A stretch of 64,000 nucleotides of DNA from Polyangiaceae bacterium (GCA_965222375.1 CBDCTZ010000012.1:640001-704000), one strand, 5' to 3'. Shown: positions 51,499 to 60,611, numbered from the stretch's first letter. Made by a program: numbers and translations. Notes: generated by a model not told the origin, from the sequence alone.

Positions 51499-52383
51499 TC
51501 AGGCTGCGCTGTCGAGTGCCATCAAGTCCACGCCCTCCATCCGGGAGATCTCGCTGATGCGTGAACGCAGCTTGCGCTTGGCTCGTTCTTCGAGCTGTCG
51601 TGCTCGCTCGCGAGACACTCCAAGCCGTCGCCCAAGCTCAGCCAGAGACAGTTCATCGCCTTTGTCGGCGAGAAGGCGGTTTTCGACGATGAAGCGTTCC
51701 CGTGGATCCAGTACCTTGAGCGCGGATCGCACCGTGCGCTTGACGATCTTCTGACGCTGGTCAGTGAGAACACCGTGCTCCTGACCTGGATCGGGGCTCA
51801 CCAAAGTGTCCACTAGGGTCGTCGCGGAATCGTCGAACACCTGTGTGTCCAAGGATACATCGCGGTACTCGAGACGCCGCAACATGCTCACCAGCTGAGC
51901 CTTCGGTACTTTGAACTGTGCAGCCAAAGCCTCGTTGGCCTTTTCCTTGTCCCCCAAGAGGTTCATCACGCGAACGCGCTCTCTTCGTAGCTTGAAGAAC
52001 AGCTTGGAGCGGAGCGCACCGGAACCAACGCCCACGAGGCTCCAGGAGCGAATCACGTAGTTGAGGACGTAGGCGCGAATCCAGTACGCCGCGTAGGTCA
52101 CGAAACGGTTCCCTCGTTCAGGCTCGAACTTCTTCAGCGCGTGGACCAATCCGATGTTGCCTTCGGCGACGAGTTCCGCGATCGGCACGCCATAGCGGCG
52201 GTACTTCAGCGCGATGGCGACCACGTAGCGCAGGTGCGCCCGAACTAATTCCTCGGCGGCAGCGGGGTCCCTGCTCTCAATCCAACGGCGGGCCAAGGCT
52301 AGCTCTGCTTCCCGATCCAGCCTGGGATATTTGTGCGCAGCGGCGATGTAGCGTGACAGGGCTGAGTCGTATTCGCGTGCCAT
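51499..52383 (-). CDS. Sigma32 (RpoH)-family RNA polymerase sigma factor
   Basis: EGNIGL, FVTYAAYWIRA, RpoH-box-like KLFFKLRRE, GVSRERARQLE. Confidence 0.9.
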   Translation of the reverse strand: MAREYDSALSRYIAAAHKYPRLDREAELALARRWIESRDPAAAEELVRAHLRYVVAIALKYRRYGVPIAELVAEGNIGLVHALKKFEPERGNRFVTYAAYWIRAYVLNYVIRSWSLVGVGSGALRSKLFFKLRRERVRVMNLLGDKEKANEALAAQFKVPKAQLVSMLRRLEYRDVSLDTQVFDDSATTLVDTLVSPDPGQEHGVLTDQRQKIVKRTVRSALKVLDPRERFIVENRLLADKGDELSLAELGRRLGVSRERARQLEERAKRKLRSRISEISRMEGVDLMALDSAA

Positions 52384-52735
52384 TGAGATTGCCTTTCATT
52401 GGTGAGACATAGTGTTTATCCTAGACAATAGTTAGTCAAGTCGTTCTAACCTGGTTTTGTCAAAGATATCGCTGTCTCTGTCTATGTTTCGTCCCACCTC
52501 TGTATTACCTAGCCGATTTCTGTGCGTTCTTATTCCGCCAAAGTTACGTAACGGCATATATCCACATTTCGGTGCTGGGTCCAGTTCACCCGCGGACTTC
52601 CGGATGGGGCGGCAAGAAGTCTGGATTATCGGTCGCTACAGACGGCGCATCGGAACGTTGCGCCGGACGACCAGACAAGTGGTCGAACCCCACATGAGCG
52701 GGGCGCCGCTGGAGAGTGCCCGTTCGGGCGTGCGG

Positions 52736-53059
52736 TCAGGCGGAGAACGAGGAACCGCAGCCGCAAGTGCCCGATACGTTTGGGTTTCCGAACTTGAACC
52801 CAGCCCCATGCACGCCCTCGACGTAGTCGATCTCCGTGCCATCGAGGTATTGGTAGCTTAGCGGGTCGATGTAGAGCTGTACCCCTTGGGATTCAAAGGA
52901 TTCGTCCAGCTCCGTTGGCTTGTCCTCGAAGTACAAGTCGTACTGAAAACCCGCACAACCGCCGCCGATCACCCGCAACCGGAGCCCCTGGCCGTCAAGC
53001 CCCTCGGACTGGGCGATCTCCTTGACCTTGTCTGCAGCGAGCGGGGTAATCGAAATCAT
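52736..53059 (-). CDS. A-type Fe-S carrier (HesB/IscA/ErpA)
   Basis: GGGCAGFQY, NPN..TCGCGSSF. Confidence 0.92.
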   Translation of the reverse strand: MISITPLAADKVKEIAQSEGLDGQGLRLRVIGGGCAGFQYDLYFEDKPTELDESFESQGVQLYIDPLSYQYLDGTEIDYVEGVHGAGFKFGNPNVSGTCGCGSSFSA

Positions 53060-53198
53060 CTTACTCTCGGGCCTCCGAAAACATGTACCGAACAGCGGAA
53101 TTATACGCCCGAAGGCAATCCCACGCCAGAGGGCATAGTTCACTGCGGGGGTGTTGCCAAGGGCGGGGGCCGTCAGAGCTGGCGGGGTGCGCGACCCC

Positions 53199-54038
53199 AT
53201 GACCCCGCGCTGGCTCCGGGTTGAGCATCCCTGGGCGGATCTCGTGCTCCACGTGCTGGCGCACATCCGGGATCTCGCTCGGTTCCCTTCAGGACTCTGG
53301 GAGCCCGGCTACGTGCAATTCGTCGCCGACGTCGCTGGGCCTGTCGAGGAGCGCGCTCTGGCCGATGACGTGTTCGTGCTCGGCCAGAGCGTCGACTCTC
53401 ACCAAGCACTGGCCAAGCTTCACCTGCTGGCCTGCCTCTTTGACACCCCGGAACAGGCGCTGCGCTGCATCGCCAAAGACCTCGCTGACCTAACGGCGTC
53501 TGATGTCGCTGCGCCTCGGTTGATTGGGGCCGTGGCGGCGTGCGGTCCGGCCGCAGAAGTTCTGCGGACCGCGGCGTTGCTAGAAGAAGAAGTGTGGCGC
53601 GCCCTGCCCGACGAAACGTTCGACGCAAGCCAACTGGAGTCAGAGCTAGTGGCCGTCCGGCAGCTCGCCCCGCTACTCGAGAGTTTCGAGTTGTTTGTGT
53701 CTCGACCCCTCGGTTTTCGGGGACGTGTGTTTGGCTCCGAGATTTGGGTTGGTGTGCCCGGCCCGACCAACGAGCCTAGCGCCCCACACGTTGCCTGGCA
53801 GGCGGGGCATGAGGCAACTGTTGCTGAAGTCGCTAGGTACGCGGACCAGCTTCTGGATGAACGCACCATCGAGCACGTGGCGCTGATCCTCTTTGCTGAG
53901 CGCGCAGCGGCAGGGCGGTGTGCAGCGTCCCACCGCACATGGCTCGAGGCCTTATCCGGGGTGCCGGAGTTGTCCCGCAAAGTCTTGGGGAGCGATGCTC
54001 GACGGGTGCTCGATACTCTGGCTTCGGATCTGGGCTGA
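53199..54038 (+). CDS. Hypothetical protein
   Basis: 279-aa ORF fills the gap between erpA/iscA and the radical SAM operon; GRV..IWVG..WQAGHEATV. Confidence 0.6.
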   Translation: MTPRWLRVEHPWADLVLHVLAHIRDLARFPSGLWEPGYVQFVADVAGPVEERALADDVFVLGQSVDSHQALAKLHLLACLFDTPEQALRCIAKDLADLTASDVAAPRLIGAVAACGPAAEVLRTAALLEEEVWRALPDETFDASQLESELVAVRQLAPLLESFELFVSRPLGFRGRVFGSEIWVGVPGPTNEPSAPHVAWQAGHEATVAEVARYADQLLDERTIEHVALILFAERAAAGRCAASHRTWLEALSGVPELSRKVLGSDARRVLDTLASDLG

Positions 54039-54049
54039 GCGGACCGTGT

Positions 54050-56227
54050 TCAGTCTTCCGCGGGTGCCGCAGGCTGCTGGCTGACTGGCTCGGGAAGCTC
54101 ATGACGATCCGGGACGTAGCGCACCGCCCCGAGGGTGCGCCTTTCGATACCCCCTGCGGTTCGCTCGTACAGAGTCAGAACCTGGCACTGGTCGCCGACT
54201 GGCGCGACGAGACGACCTCCCAGGGGCAAAGCGTCGAGGAAAGCCTGAGGTAGGCTGGCCATGGCGTAGCCGATGCTGACCTTGTTGGCGCCTTGCCACA
54301 GGGCGACATCGTGTGCGTCACCCGCCTCGACGTGCACGTTGTCATGCTGGGCGAGGAGAGAGCGGGCTCGAGCGGCCAGCTCGGGATCGTATTCCACGGC
54401 GATGACTTGACCGGCTTCACCGACGAGGTGGCGCGCAATCGCTGTGCCGTAGCCCGTGCCAGCTCCCAGGTCTGCCAACACGTCGCCCGAGCCAAGCTCG
54501 AGTGCGTCAAAGGATGCTGCGTAGGCGTGGAGCGCGGAGATGGTCGACAGCCCACTGTCGCCCAAGCCGAGAGCCTTGTCCTGGGCAGAGACGGCGACGT
54601 CCTCGAGCTCCACGAAGAGCTCCCGGGGAGTCTCCCGTAGCGCTCTTGCCAGCTTGCTACTGCACTGCAAGTCTGTGGCGTCGAGCACCTGCCGGCGAGC
54701 CTGTTGCGCGGCGGTCCGAAGCTCCTCGTCTGCCGCAAGGGCAAGGGGACGCCGTTGGGCGCTGACCTGGCCACTCAGGCCCCGCCACAGGTGATAAAGC
54801 CCCAACGTTCGCAAGCGCCGTTTCGGGCTCACGAGTTCGAGTTGTTCGTCAACGGCACGAAGGTAGTAGTTCTGGGCTGGGCCGTCGTAGATGAAACGCT
54901 CTTTGATTCCGCGAACGACAGGGGAGAAGAGCTCGTGTCGAAGGCTATGGGTTCGACGGAAATCGAGGTCTCGGGAGGGATCTACCCACTCACTCAGGAA
55001 GTCCTGATCGCCATCTTCCCACCATGGGTAGTGCTGTGGTGAAAACCCCGTCTTGTCCTGCCAAACCTCTCGTTCCTCGTCGATGGGCGAACCCGGATAC
55101 AACCGAAAAGGATCCACGCTCAGAAAGCCAGTGGTTCCCGCGTCGCTTAGGAAAAGGCGCCGCATGTACTTCGCGCTTGCGCGCAGAGAGGCTTCGGTTT
55201 CTCCGGGGTGGCCGACGATAATGTTCGCGCCAAAGGGGACGTTCTTTTCTCGTGCCCATTCCGAAACGGAAATCATCCGTTCGAGGTAATCGTCCAGGCG
55301 CCCGCTCTTTCGGATGAGTGCGAGCTGGGTCGGGTCACCTGACTCCAAACCAAAGCCGGGGCTTACATTCGCGCGTGACATCAACTCGATGTCCTCTCGC
55401 TCCATGAGGTCTACCCGGATCAGCAACCACACCTTTCGAGCGCGAATGGGTCGGCGCGCGAGACCCTCGAGAAACTCCCTGCGCCATCGCTTTTTCATCC
55501 CAAAGAGGGCGTCGGCGATGAACAGGGTCCAACGGGAAAGGTCCAGGAAGCGATCCAGGCGATGCAGCTCCTCGACGGCCGCACCCACGTCCAAAGGGCG
55601 CCAGGAAACATCGCGTTTTGCCCGCTCCATGCAGAATGCGCAATCGAAGGGACAGCCGCGAGAAAGGTAGATTTCCGCTTGGGACGCTACCTTTCGGGCC
55701 ACGGGTTGATAGCGTTCGAGAAGCTGCCAGTCGTAGGGCACGACGTTGTCGAGATGGGCCACGGCGTCGGGACCCTGAACTTGCATTAGGGGTCGCTTGC
55801 CCTGTTCTCGGGCCTGGACCAGGCGGCGCATGGGGTTTTCGCCATCGCCGACCACGACGAAGTCGAAGGGCGACTCCGGCCTAGTGAAATCCGCTGGCCG
55901 CGCGCTGGGGTGGTAACCCCCGGTTACTATCCAGGCGCGAGGTGCCAGGGCGCGAATGCGCTCCGCCAGGGCCATGACCTTCAGGTAGTCGTAGGACGAG
56001 TAGCAGGAGATGCCGATCAGATCGTAGCCAGGTGCGAGTAGTTCCGCCAGGTTCACGGCACCGAAGGCGCGCTCCATGTCCAGGTCGATGACGTCGACCT
56101 CTGCGGACGTCCCCTGCTTGATCGCCCGCGCGATCATCAGGAGCTGCGGAACGCCGAAGTTGGCGCCGCCGCCGAACAAACCCCCAGGCCAGATCAGCGC
56201 GACTCGAGGGCGATCCAGCTTGGGCAT
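54050..56227 (-). CDS. Cobalamin-binding radical SAM enzyme fused to a C-terminal protein-L-isoaspartate O-methyltransferase (PCMT)-like domain
   Basis: B12 domain (IGISC..GGYHPS..DFVVVGDGE); SRGCPFDCAFC; GLESG; TISALHA..DLGAGTGY..GGRLVAPVG..VRYVP. Confidence 0.88.
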   Translation of the reverse strand: MPKLDRPRVALIWPGGLFGGGANFGVPQLLMIARAIKQGTSAEVDVIDLDMERAFGAVNLAELLAPGYDLIGISCYSSYDYLKVMALAERIRALAPRAWIVTGGYHPSARPADFTRPESPFDFVVVGDGENPMRRLVQAREQGKRPLMQVQGPDAVAHLDNVVPYDWQLLERYQPVARKVASQAEIYLSRGCPFDCAFCMERAKRDVSWRPLDVGAAVEELHRLDRFLDLSRWTLFIADALFGMKKRWRREFLEGLARRPIRARKVWLLIRVDLMEREDIELMSRANVSPGFGLESGDPTQLALIRKSGRLDDYLERMISVSEWAREKNVPFGANIIVGHPGETEASLRASAKYMRRLFLSDAGTTGFLSVDPFRLYPGSPIDEEREVWQDKTGFSPQHYPWWEDGDQDFLSEWVDPSRDLDFRRTHSLRHELFSPVVRGIKERFIYDGPAQNYYLRAVDEQLELVSPKRRLRTLGLYHLWRGLSGQVSAQRRPLALAADEELRTAAQQARRQVLDATDLQCSSKLARALRETPRELFVELEDVAVSAQDKALGLGDSGLSTISALHAYAASFDALELGSGDVLADLGAGTGYGTAIARHLVGEAGQVIAVEYDPELAARARSLLAQHDNVHVEAGDAHDVALWQGANKVSIGYAMASLPQAFLDALPLGGRLVAPVGDQCQVLTLYERTAGGIERRTLGAVRYVPDRHELPEPVSQQPAAPAED

Positions 56228-56601
56228 CAACCACCCTTCGACTTAGGGGCGTCGGGTGCTGGGGGTGCGAGGCAGGGCTCCGGGGGCGCGTCTGCACCAG
56301 AGTCGTCTGGCAAGGGAGTCAGGCAGGGTTTCGGCTCCGCGTCTGCGTCCGCTGACGCATCCGGTGCTGGCGGTTCGAGGCAGGGTTGAGGTGCGTCGCT
56401 GCTGGCATCCAATGCCGTACCCAAACAGACTTGTGGCCCGCTGTCCCCGACGTCGCTACTTGCGTCGATTGACGGTTGGGAGTCCTTGGAAGATTCGCCG
56501 CCGCATCCCACCACCGTCCCAAGCCCCGCGGAAGTCAGGGCTGCCGCGACAAATCGTGCTCGCCGCCCGAGGATGGCCTTCCTTGCATCCTGCTCGTCCA
56601 T
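56227..56601 (-). CDS. Candidate precursor/substrate: lipoprotein-like peptide with four PxPCL repeats
   Basis: ILGRRARFVAAAL leader, lipobox-like VVGC, repeats PQVCL/PQPCL/PKPCL/PEPCL; TGATG overlap with the downstream enzyme. Confidence 0.82.
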   Translation of the reverse strand: MDEQDARKAILGRRARFVAAALTSAGLGTVVGCGGESSKDSQPSIDASSDVGDSGPQVCLGTALDASSDAPQPCLEPPAPDASADADAEPKPCLTPLPDDSGADAPPEPCLAPPAPDAPKSKGG

Positions 56602-56610
56602 ACGACCCTG

Positions 56611-57717
56611 CTACAAGATGACCTCGAGGTGAGTGCGCCCGTCGCGCCGATGAGCCGTGAAGCGATCCGAGAGCTCATCGTCGACATGCTGCCAGACGAA
56701 AGGGTCCGGGAACTTGCGAGCGTGCCCGCTCACCCATTCCGCGGCGGCGCCACAGCCCCCGCCGCACGTGGATGCATGCACGCAGCCTTGGCAGAACTCG
56801 GGTAGTTCGCGCCGGTACTCGGTTCGCTCCGGCGCCTGGAGCAGAGCAGCCAAATCCACCTCTGGGTCGAGAACGTCCTGTACCCCACCCAGGGCAGTAG
56901 CGTGCAACGTGCAGTTCTTCAGCCTGCCGTCCGGGCCGAGCGCGAGCTCCTGCATGTCAGTGCCAATGGGACAAGTGCCGAAGCGGATCGGCTCCAGCTC
57001 CTCAACCTCTACGCTGCAGGGCGGGACTGGCATCGTGCAGTGCAACGTCATGGCTTTGTCTCTGCCATAGGGCGCTGCCTGACGAAACGCTGTCAAGAGC
57101 TCGCTGCGAGTCGGCAATAGCTGTGCGGCGTGCTGCGCCGCGTAGCCGGCTGGGCTGAAGCGACTCAACGCGATGTGCGTTACGCCCATGGAATGGAAGA
57201 GCTCTAGAATCGCTCCGAGCTGAGCATGGTTCTTCTTGGTCACGACGACGCAGCCCACCACGGGGACGCCGTGGCTCTGCAGCGCTCGAATGCCACCAAG
57301 GGTTCTTTCGAAGTGGCCCGCCCCGACGTGAGCCGCATGGGAGTCTTCGTCCGGGCCATTCAGGGTGATTTGCACGTAACGTACCCCGACCTTGGCGAGT
57401 TTGCTCGCAACTTCGTCGTCGATCAGCCCACCGTTGGAGATGATTTGAATGCCGACGTTCCGGGACGCAATCAGCTCGAACAGCGCGAAGATATCGGACC
57501 GCGCGAAGGGCTCACCCCCGGTGACGGTGATGTGATCGATCTCCCAGCTGTCTAGCAGGCGTTCGACACGCCCCAGAAGCTTGTCGCGATCCGTTGCCGC
57601 CATTTCGGCGCCGTTGTCTTCGCGCCACTCGTTGTAGCAGTAGTCGCAACGCTGATTGCAGACCGGCGTCGTTTCCACCGCCACGCTGTGCACTTTGGGC
57701 TTGCCTGCAGTCGCCAT
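56611..57717 (-). CDS. Radical SAM/SPASM-domain protein
   Basis: CNQRCDYC, TGGEP, SNG; SPASM CPIG..LGPDGRLKNC..CQGCVHASTCGGGC. Confidence 0.9.
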   Translation of the reverse strand: MATAGKPKVHSVAVETTPVCNQRCDYCYNEWREDNGAEMAATDRDKLLGRVERLLDSWEIDHITVTGGEPFARSDIFALFELIASRNVGIQIISNGGLIDDEVASKLAKVGVRYVQITLNGPDEDSHAAHVGAGHFERTLGGIRALQSHGVPVVGCVVVTKKNHAQLGAILELFHSMGVTHIALSRFSPAGYAAQHAAQLLPTRSELLTAFRQAAPYGRDKAMTLHCTMPVPPCSVEVEELEPIRFGTCPIGTDMQELALGPDGRLKNCTLHATALGGVQDVLDPEVDLAALLQAPERTEYRRELPEFCQGCVHASTCGGGCGAAAEWVSGHARKFPDPFVWQHVDDELSDRFTAHRRDGRTHLEVIL

Positions 57718-57798
57718 CTTGCTTGACAGCATACCAAATGTCGCTGCATGTGCGAGGCGGGACATTCGGCTTTACTCCTGACGCAGGTCTGCTCCACC

Positions 57799-59832
57799 AT
57801 GACGGCAATGGCTATTCGCCACCTTCGTCTCGCAATGGGGCTGCTTTCGCTATGCACCTTCTCTGGGCAGGCGTCGGCGGGACAATTCGACTCCCAGGGC
57901 CAGTACCTGCCGGACGCGACTGCAGAGTTCTTTCACTCCTTTGAGGGCGACAAGATTGCCGACCTGGACTGTAATGGCTCTTGCGAGGTCAGCATCGGCA
58001 CGACGGAACTCGCGCTGCACGCCAACCGCTACATCCAGGTGAACGCCAACCAGTCCGCGTTGGGCGTCGGAGTTTCAGTGCCTGTCGCAGGGACCTACGA
58101 AGCGCGGGTGTGGCTGCGGCACGCGCGCGCTTGGGTTCGTATTGTCGCCGAGTACGAGGACGCTCCCACAGAAGCCACATATCTATTCCCCTCCGGCCGG
58201 GTGACCAGTGACGGCTGGGTGGAACTGGTGAGCAATCCGTTTTCGCACGGAGGGCCCTTGGCCACTCGCACTCAGCTTCGAGTCAGTGGAAGCGGCCTGG
58301 ATCTGGATGCCTTGGAAATCCGACGAGTGGGCCCCGCAACGCCCATGCGACCCTGTTCGGGTGCACGGGATCCGGTTTGTGGAAGCGAGTCCGAATGCAT
58401 CGCGGAGTTTTGTCGAGATGGTGACCGCTACGTTCCTCCGATTCCCGCCGCGAAGTACCGAGCAAGTGTCACAGGCTATCTGCGCGCCAGGTTCACCCAG
58501 TACTTCGGTGGCCAGCGGTCTCGCGCGGAGAACCTGCCCCGCGCGCTCAGCGCCCTAGACGCGATGAAGCAGGCGACAACGCCTTGGCAGTATTGGAGCG
58601 CCCACTCACTGGCAGTTCGATTGCTGGAGGACTGGCATACCAACGTGTCATCGGGCATCGCCGCAATTTCGAGTTCGCGGCGCCTCGGTGTTTGCTTCAT
58701 CGAGGGAGTTGCAGATTTGACTCAAACTGCGGCACCCAGCCACCCGTCCCTCAAAGACGTGCTGGTGTCCCACGTTGGGCCGGACAACACCTTGGGGCTC
58801 GTTCCCGGAGATCGGCTCGTCTCCGTGGACGGCAAGCACCCGCTTCAGTGGGCCAGGGAGCTTCGGGACGTTCGCTGGCGCCACCACGTGGCCACGGATC
58901 CAGACGTGAACTCGGAACTCGCGGAGTCCATGCGACGCCTGTTGGTCGATTACGCGACAGAATTCGAGATCATTCGGTGTGATCCCAAGACGAAGACATG
59001 CGGCACTGTCGAGACCATTTCCGTCACCACAGTTCCCGAAGGCGGGGCGTTGCCTCGCTGCGACAATCGGCCTCAGTACCACCTCGAGAATCCACCCGAG
59101 TCCAGCCCTGGCGCGCTGGCAAGTCTGCATCAATTACCCTTCCAGCCGTGGCGAGAGCTGGTGGTGGAATCCCAGCCCGGCGAAGCCATCTACGGCATGA
59201 CCTGGGACAGCCTGTTCGGTACGAGTCAGGGGCTGACATCCTTCTTCCTCGAGTCCAATGTCTTCTTCAAACAAAACGCTCGCGGCGTGATTTTGGATCA
59301 CCGTGCGGGTAGCGGTGGTACGAAAGACGCGGCTGAGGCCATCACGAAGCTCGTGCGCCCCACGGAGATCATCGCTTCTGGGCCTACTTTCGTTTTGGTG
59401 GCGGGAGATGACGGCCCTCAAACCCTGGCGGAAGGCAAGCAGCGCTTCGACGTCCTGAAGAACCTGGCGGGCCAGGCCTTTCGGGTCGGCAGCAACGCCT
59501 TCGACTCGAAGTTGCCCGTGGCGCTGATTCTACATCGAGACGGCTCTGCCAGTGACTTGTTACCTCTGGGAATGAAGGGAGCGCCGAACGTGCGCATCTT
59601 CGGTCACGATCGGACGGCCGGGGCGTTCTCGTCCTTTTACCGATTCGGTTACTGGTCCCGCTACTCGCTCCAGATAGCTAGCGGCGACTCTCTTCGGTCA
59701 GATGGCACGCCTCTCATCGGTCGCGGTATCGAGCCCGACGAAATCGTGCCGCATACCCAGACGTCGCTGCTGGACGGGAAGGATGCACCCTATGCGGCCG
59801 CCCTGGCTTGGGTCAGGAGCCGGCTGAAATGA
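57799..59832 (+). CDS. Secreted S41-family peptidase with PDZ-like domain
   Basis: Signal peptide; GLVPGDRLVSVDG (PDZ); GVILDHRAGSGG, GSASD, RTAGA, GRGIEPD. Confidence 0.8.
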   Translation: MTAMAIRHLRLAMGLLSLCTFSGQASAGQFDSQGQYLPDATAEFFHSFEGDKIADLDCNGSCEVSIGTTELALHANRYIQVNANQSALGVGVSVPVAGTYEARVWLRHARAWVRIVAEYEDAPTEATYLFPSGRVTSDGWVELVSNPFSHGGPLATRTQLRVSGSGLDLDALEIRRVGPATPMRPCSGARDPVCGSESECIAEFCRDGDRYVPPIPAAKYRASVTGYLRARFTQYFGGQRSRAENLPRALSALDAMKQATTPWQYWSAHSLAVRLLEDWHTNVSSGIAAISSSRRLGVCFIEGVADLTQTAAPSHPSLKDVLVSHVGPDNTLGLVPGDRLVSVDGKHPLQWARELRDVRWRHHVATDPDVNSELAESMRRLLVDYATEFEIIRCDPKTKTCGTVETISVTTVPEGGALPRCDNRPQYHLENPPESSPGALASLHQLPFQPWRELVVESQPGEAIYGMTWDSLFGTSQGLTSFFLESNVFFKQNARGVILDHRAGSGGTKDAAEAITKLVRPTEIIASGPTFVLVAGDDGPQTLAEGKQRFDVLKNLAGQAFRVGSNAFDSKLPVALILHRDGSASDLLPLGMKGAPNVRIFGHDRTAGAFSSFYRFGYWSRYSLQIASGDSLRSDGTPLIGRGIEPDEIVPHTQTSLLDGKDAPYAAALAWVRSRLK

Positions 59833-60611
59833 GTCGGCGAAGCTGCCAGCTGTTGGTCGCGCTGGTGTGCAGTGGTCTCGTGTCGGCCGCTTGTGGCGAG
59901 GACGAGGGAGTCGGCGCCACTCCCGATGCCAGCGTCGCCCCTGCAAAAGACGCCGCCCCGGAGATTGGACCGCCAGTCGAGGCGGGGCCGAAGTTGCGTA
60001 CCGTGAGTGTGCGCAACCCGTTTGGTAACACCGAGAAGCAAAACAACTTGCTCGTGGACGGGGACTTCGAGTGGACCAGTGGTTTTGGTCAACACGGTTG
60101 GCGCGCACAATCCGGGATCGCCGAGGCCAACTTGGAGCGCGAGACAGGCGGATTGTGCCGATCCGGGGTCAGCTGTGGGCTGCTGCGACCGGGGATTTCC
60201 TTTCTAGGCTACGCGACTGCCGCACCCAACAAGGCCATGGAAGCTCGAGTTTGGGCCAAGCCACCTGTGCCCGACTGCCTCCAAACCAGCGTGACCGTGC
60301 TTCAGTGCACGACCACTTTGGTCACGATCGTCGCCACGGTTCTGCACGAGACCGACGTGCCGGGCGAGGACGGTTGGTGTCTGCACAGAGCGGTGGTTCC
60401 CGCGATGGATCTGCAACCGTGTTTGTTCGTTTCTTCCTATGCGTCGCCAGGGCAAATGACGTTGATCGACGAGGCCTCCCTTCTGGCGGTGTCCACCGCC
60501 AGGGCGCCGACCACACAATTCAAAGCGCCGACCGCCGCGGAGAAGTCGAAGATGGAGGCGGCCCTGCGAGTCTTGCTCCGACCAAGACTCGGCCCAGCTC
60601 CGCAACCGTGA
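59829..60611 (+). CDS. Cys-rich lipoprotein with a carbohydrate-binding-like beta domain
   Basis: Lipobox SAAC; NLLVDGDFE motif; ATGA overlap with the S41 gene. Confidence 0.7.
   Translation: MSRRSCQLLVALVCSGLVSAACGEDEGVGATPDASVAPAKDAAPEIGPPVEAGPKLRTVSVRNPFGNTEKQNNLLVDGDFEWTSGFGQHGWRAQSGIAEANLERETGGLCRSGVSCGLLRPGISFLGYATAAPNKAMEARVWAKPPVPDCLQTSVTVLQCTTTLVTIVATVLHETDVPGEDGWCLHRAVVPAMDLQPCLFVSSYASPGQMTLIDEASLLAVSTARAPTTQFKAPTAAEKSKMEAALRVLLRPRLGPAPQP

Noticed and set aside
51131..51754. 207-aa plus-strand ORF
   Set aside because: Antisense to RNase P RNA and the sigma factor gene.
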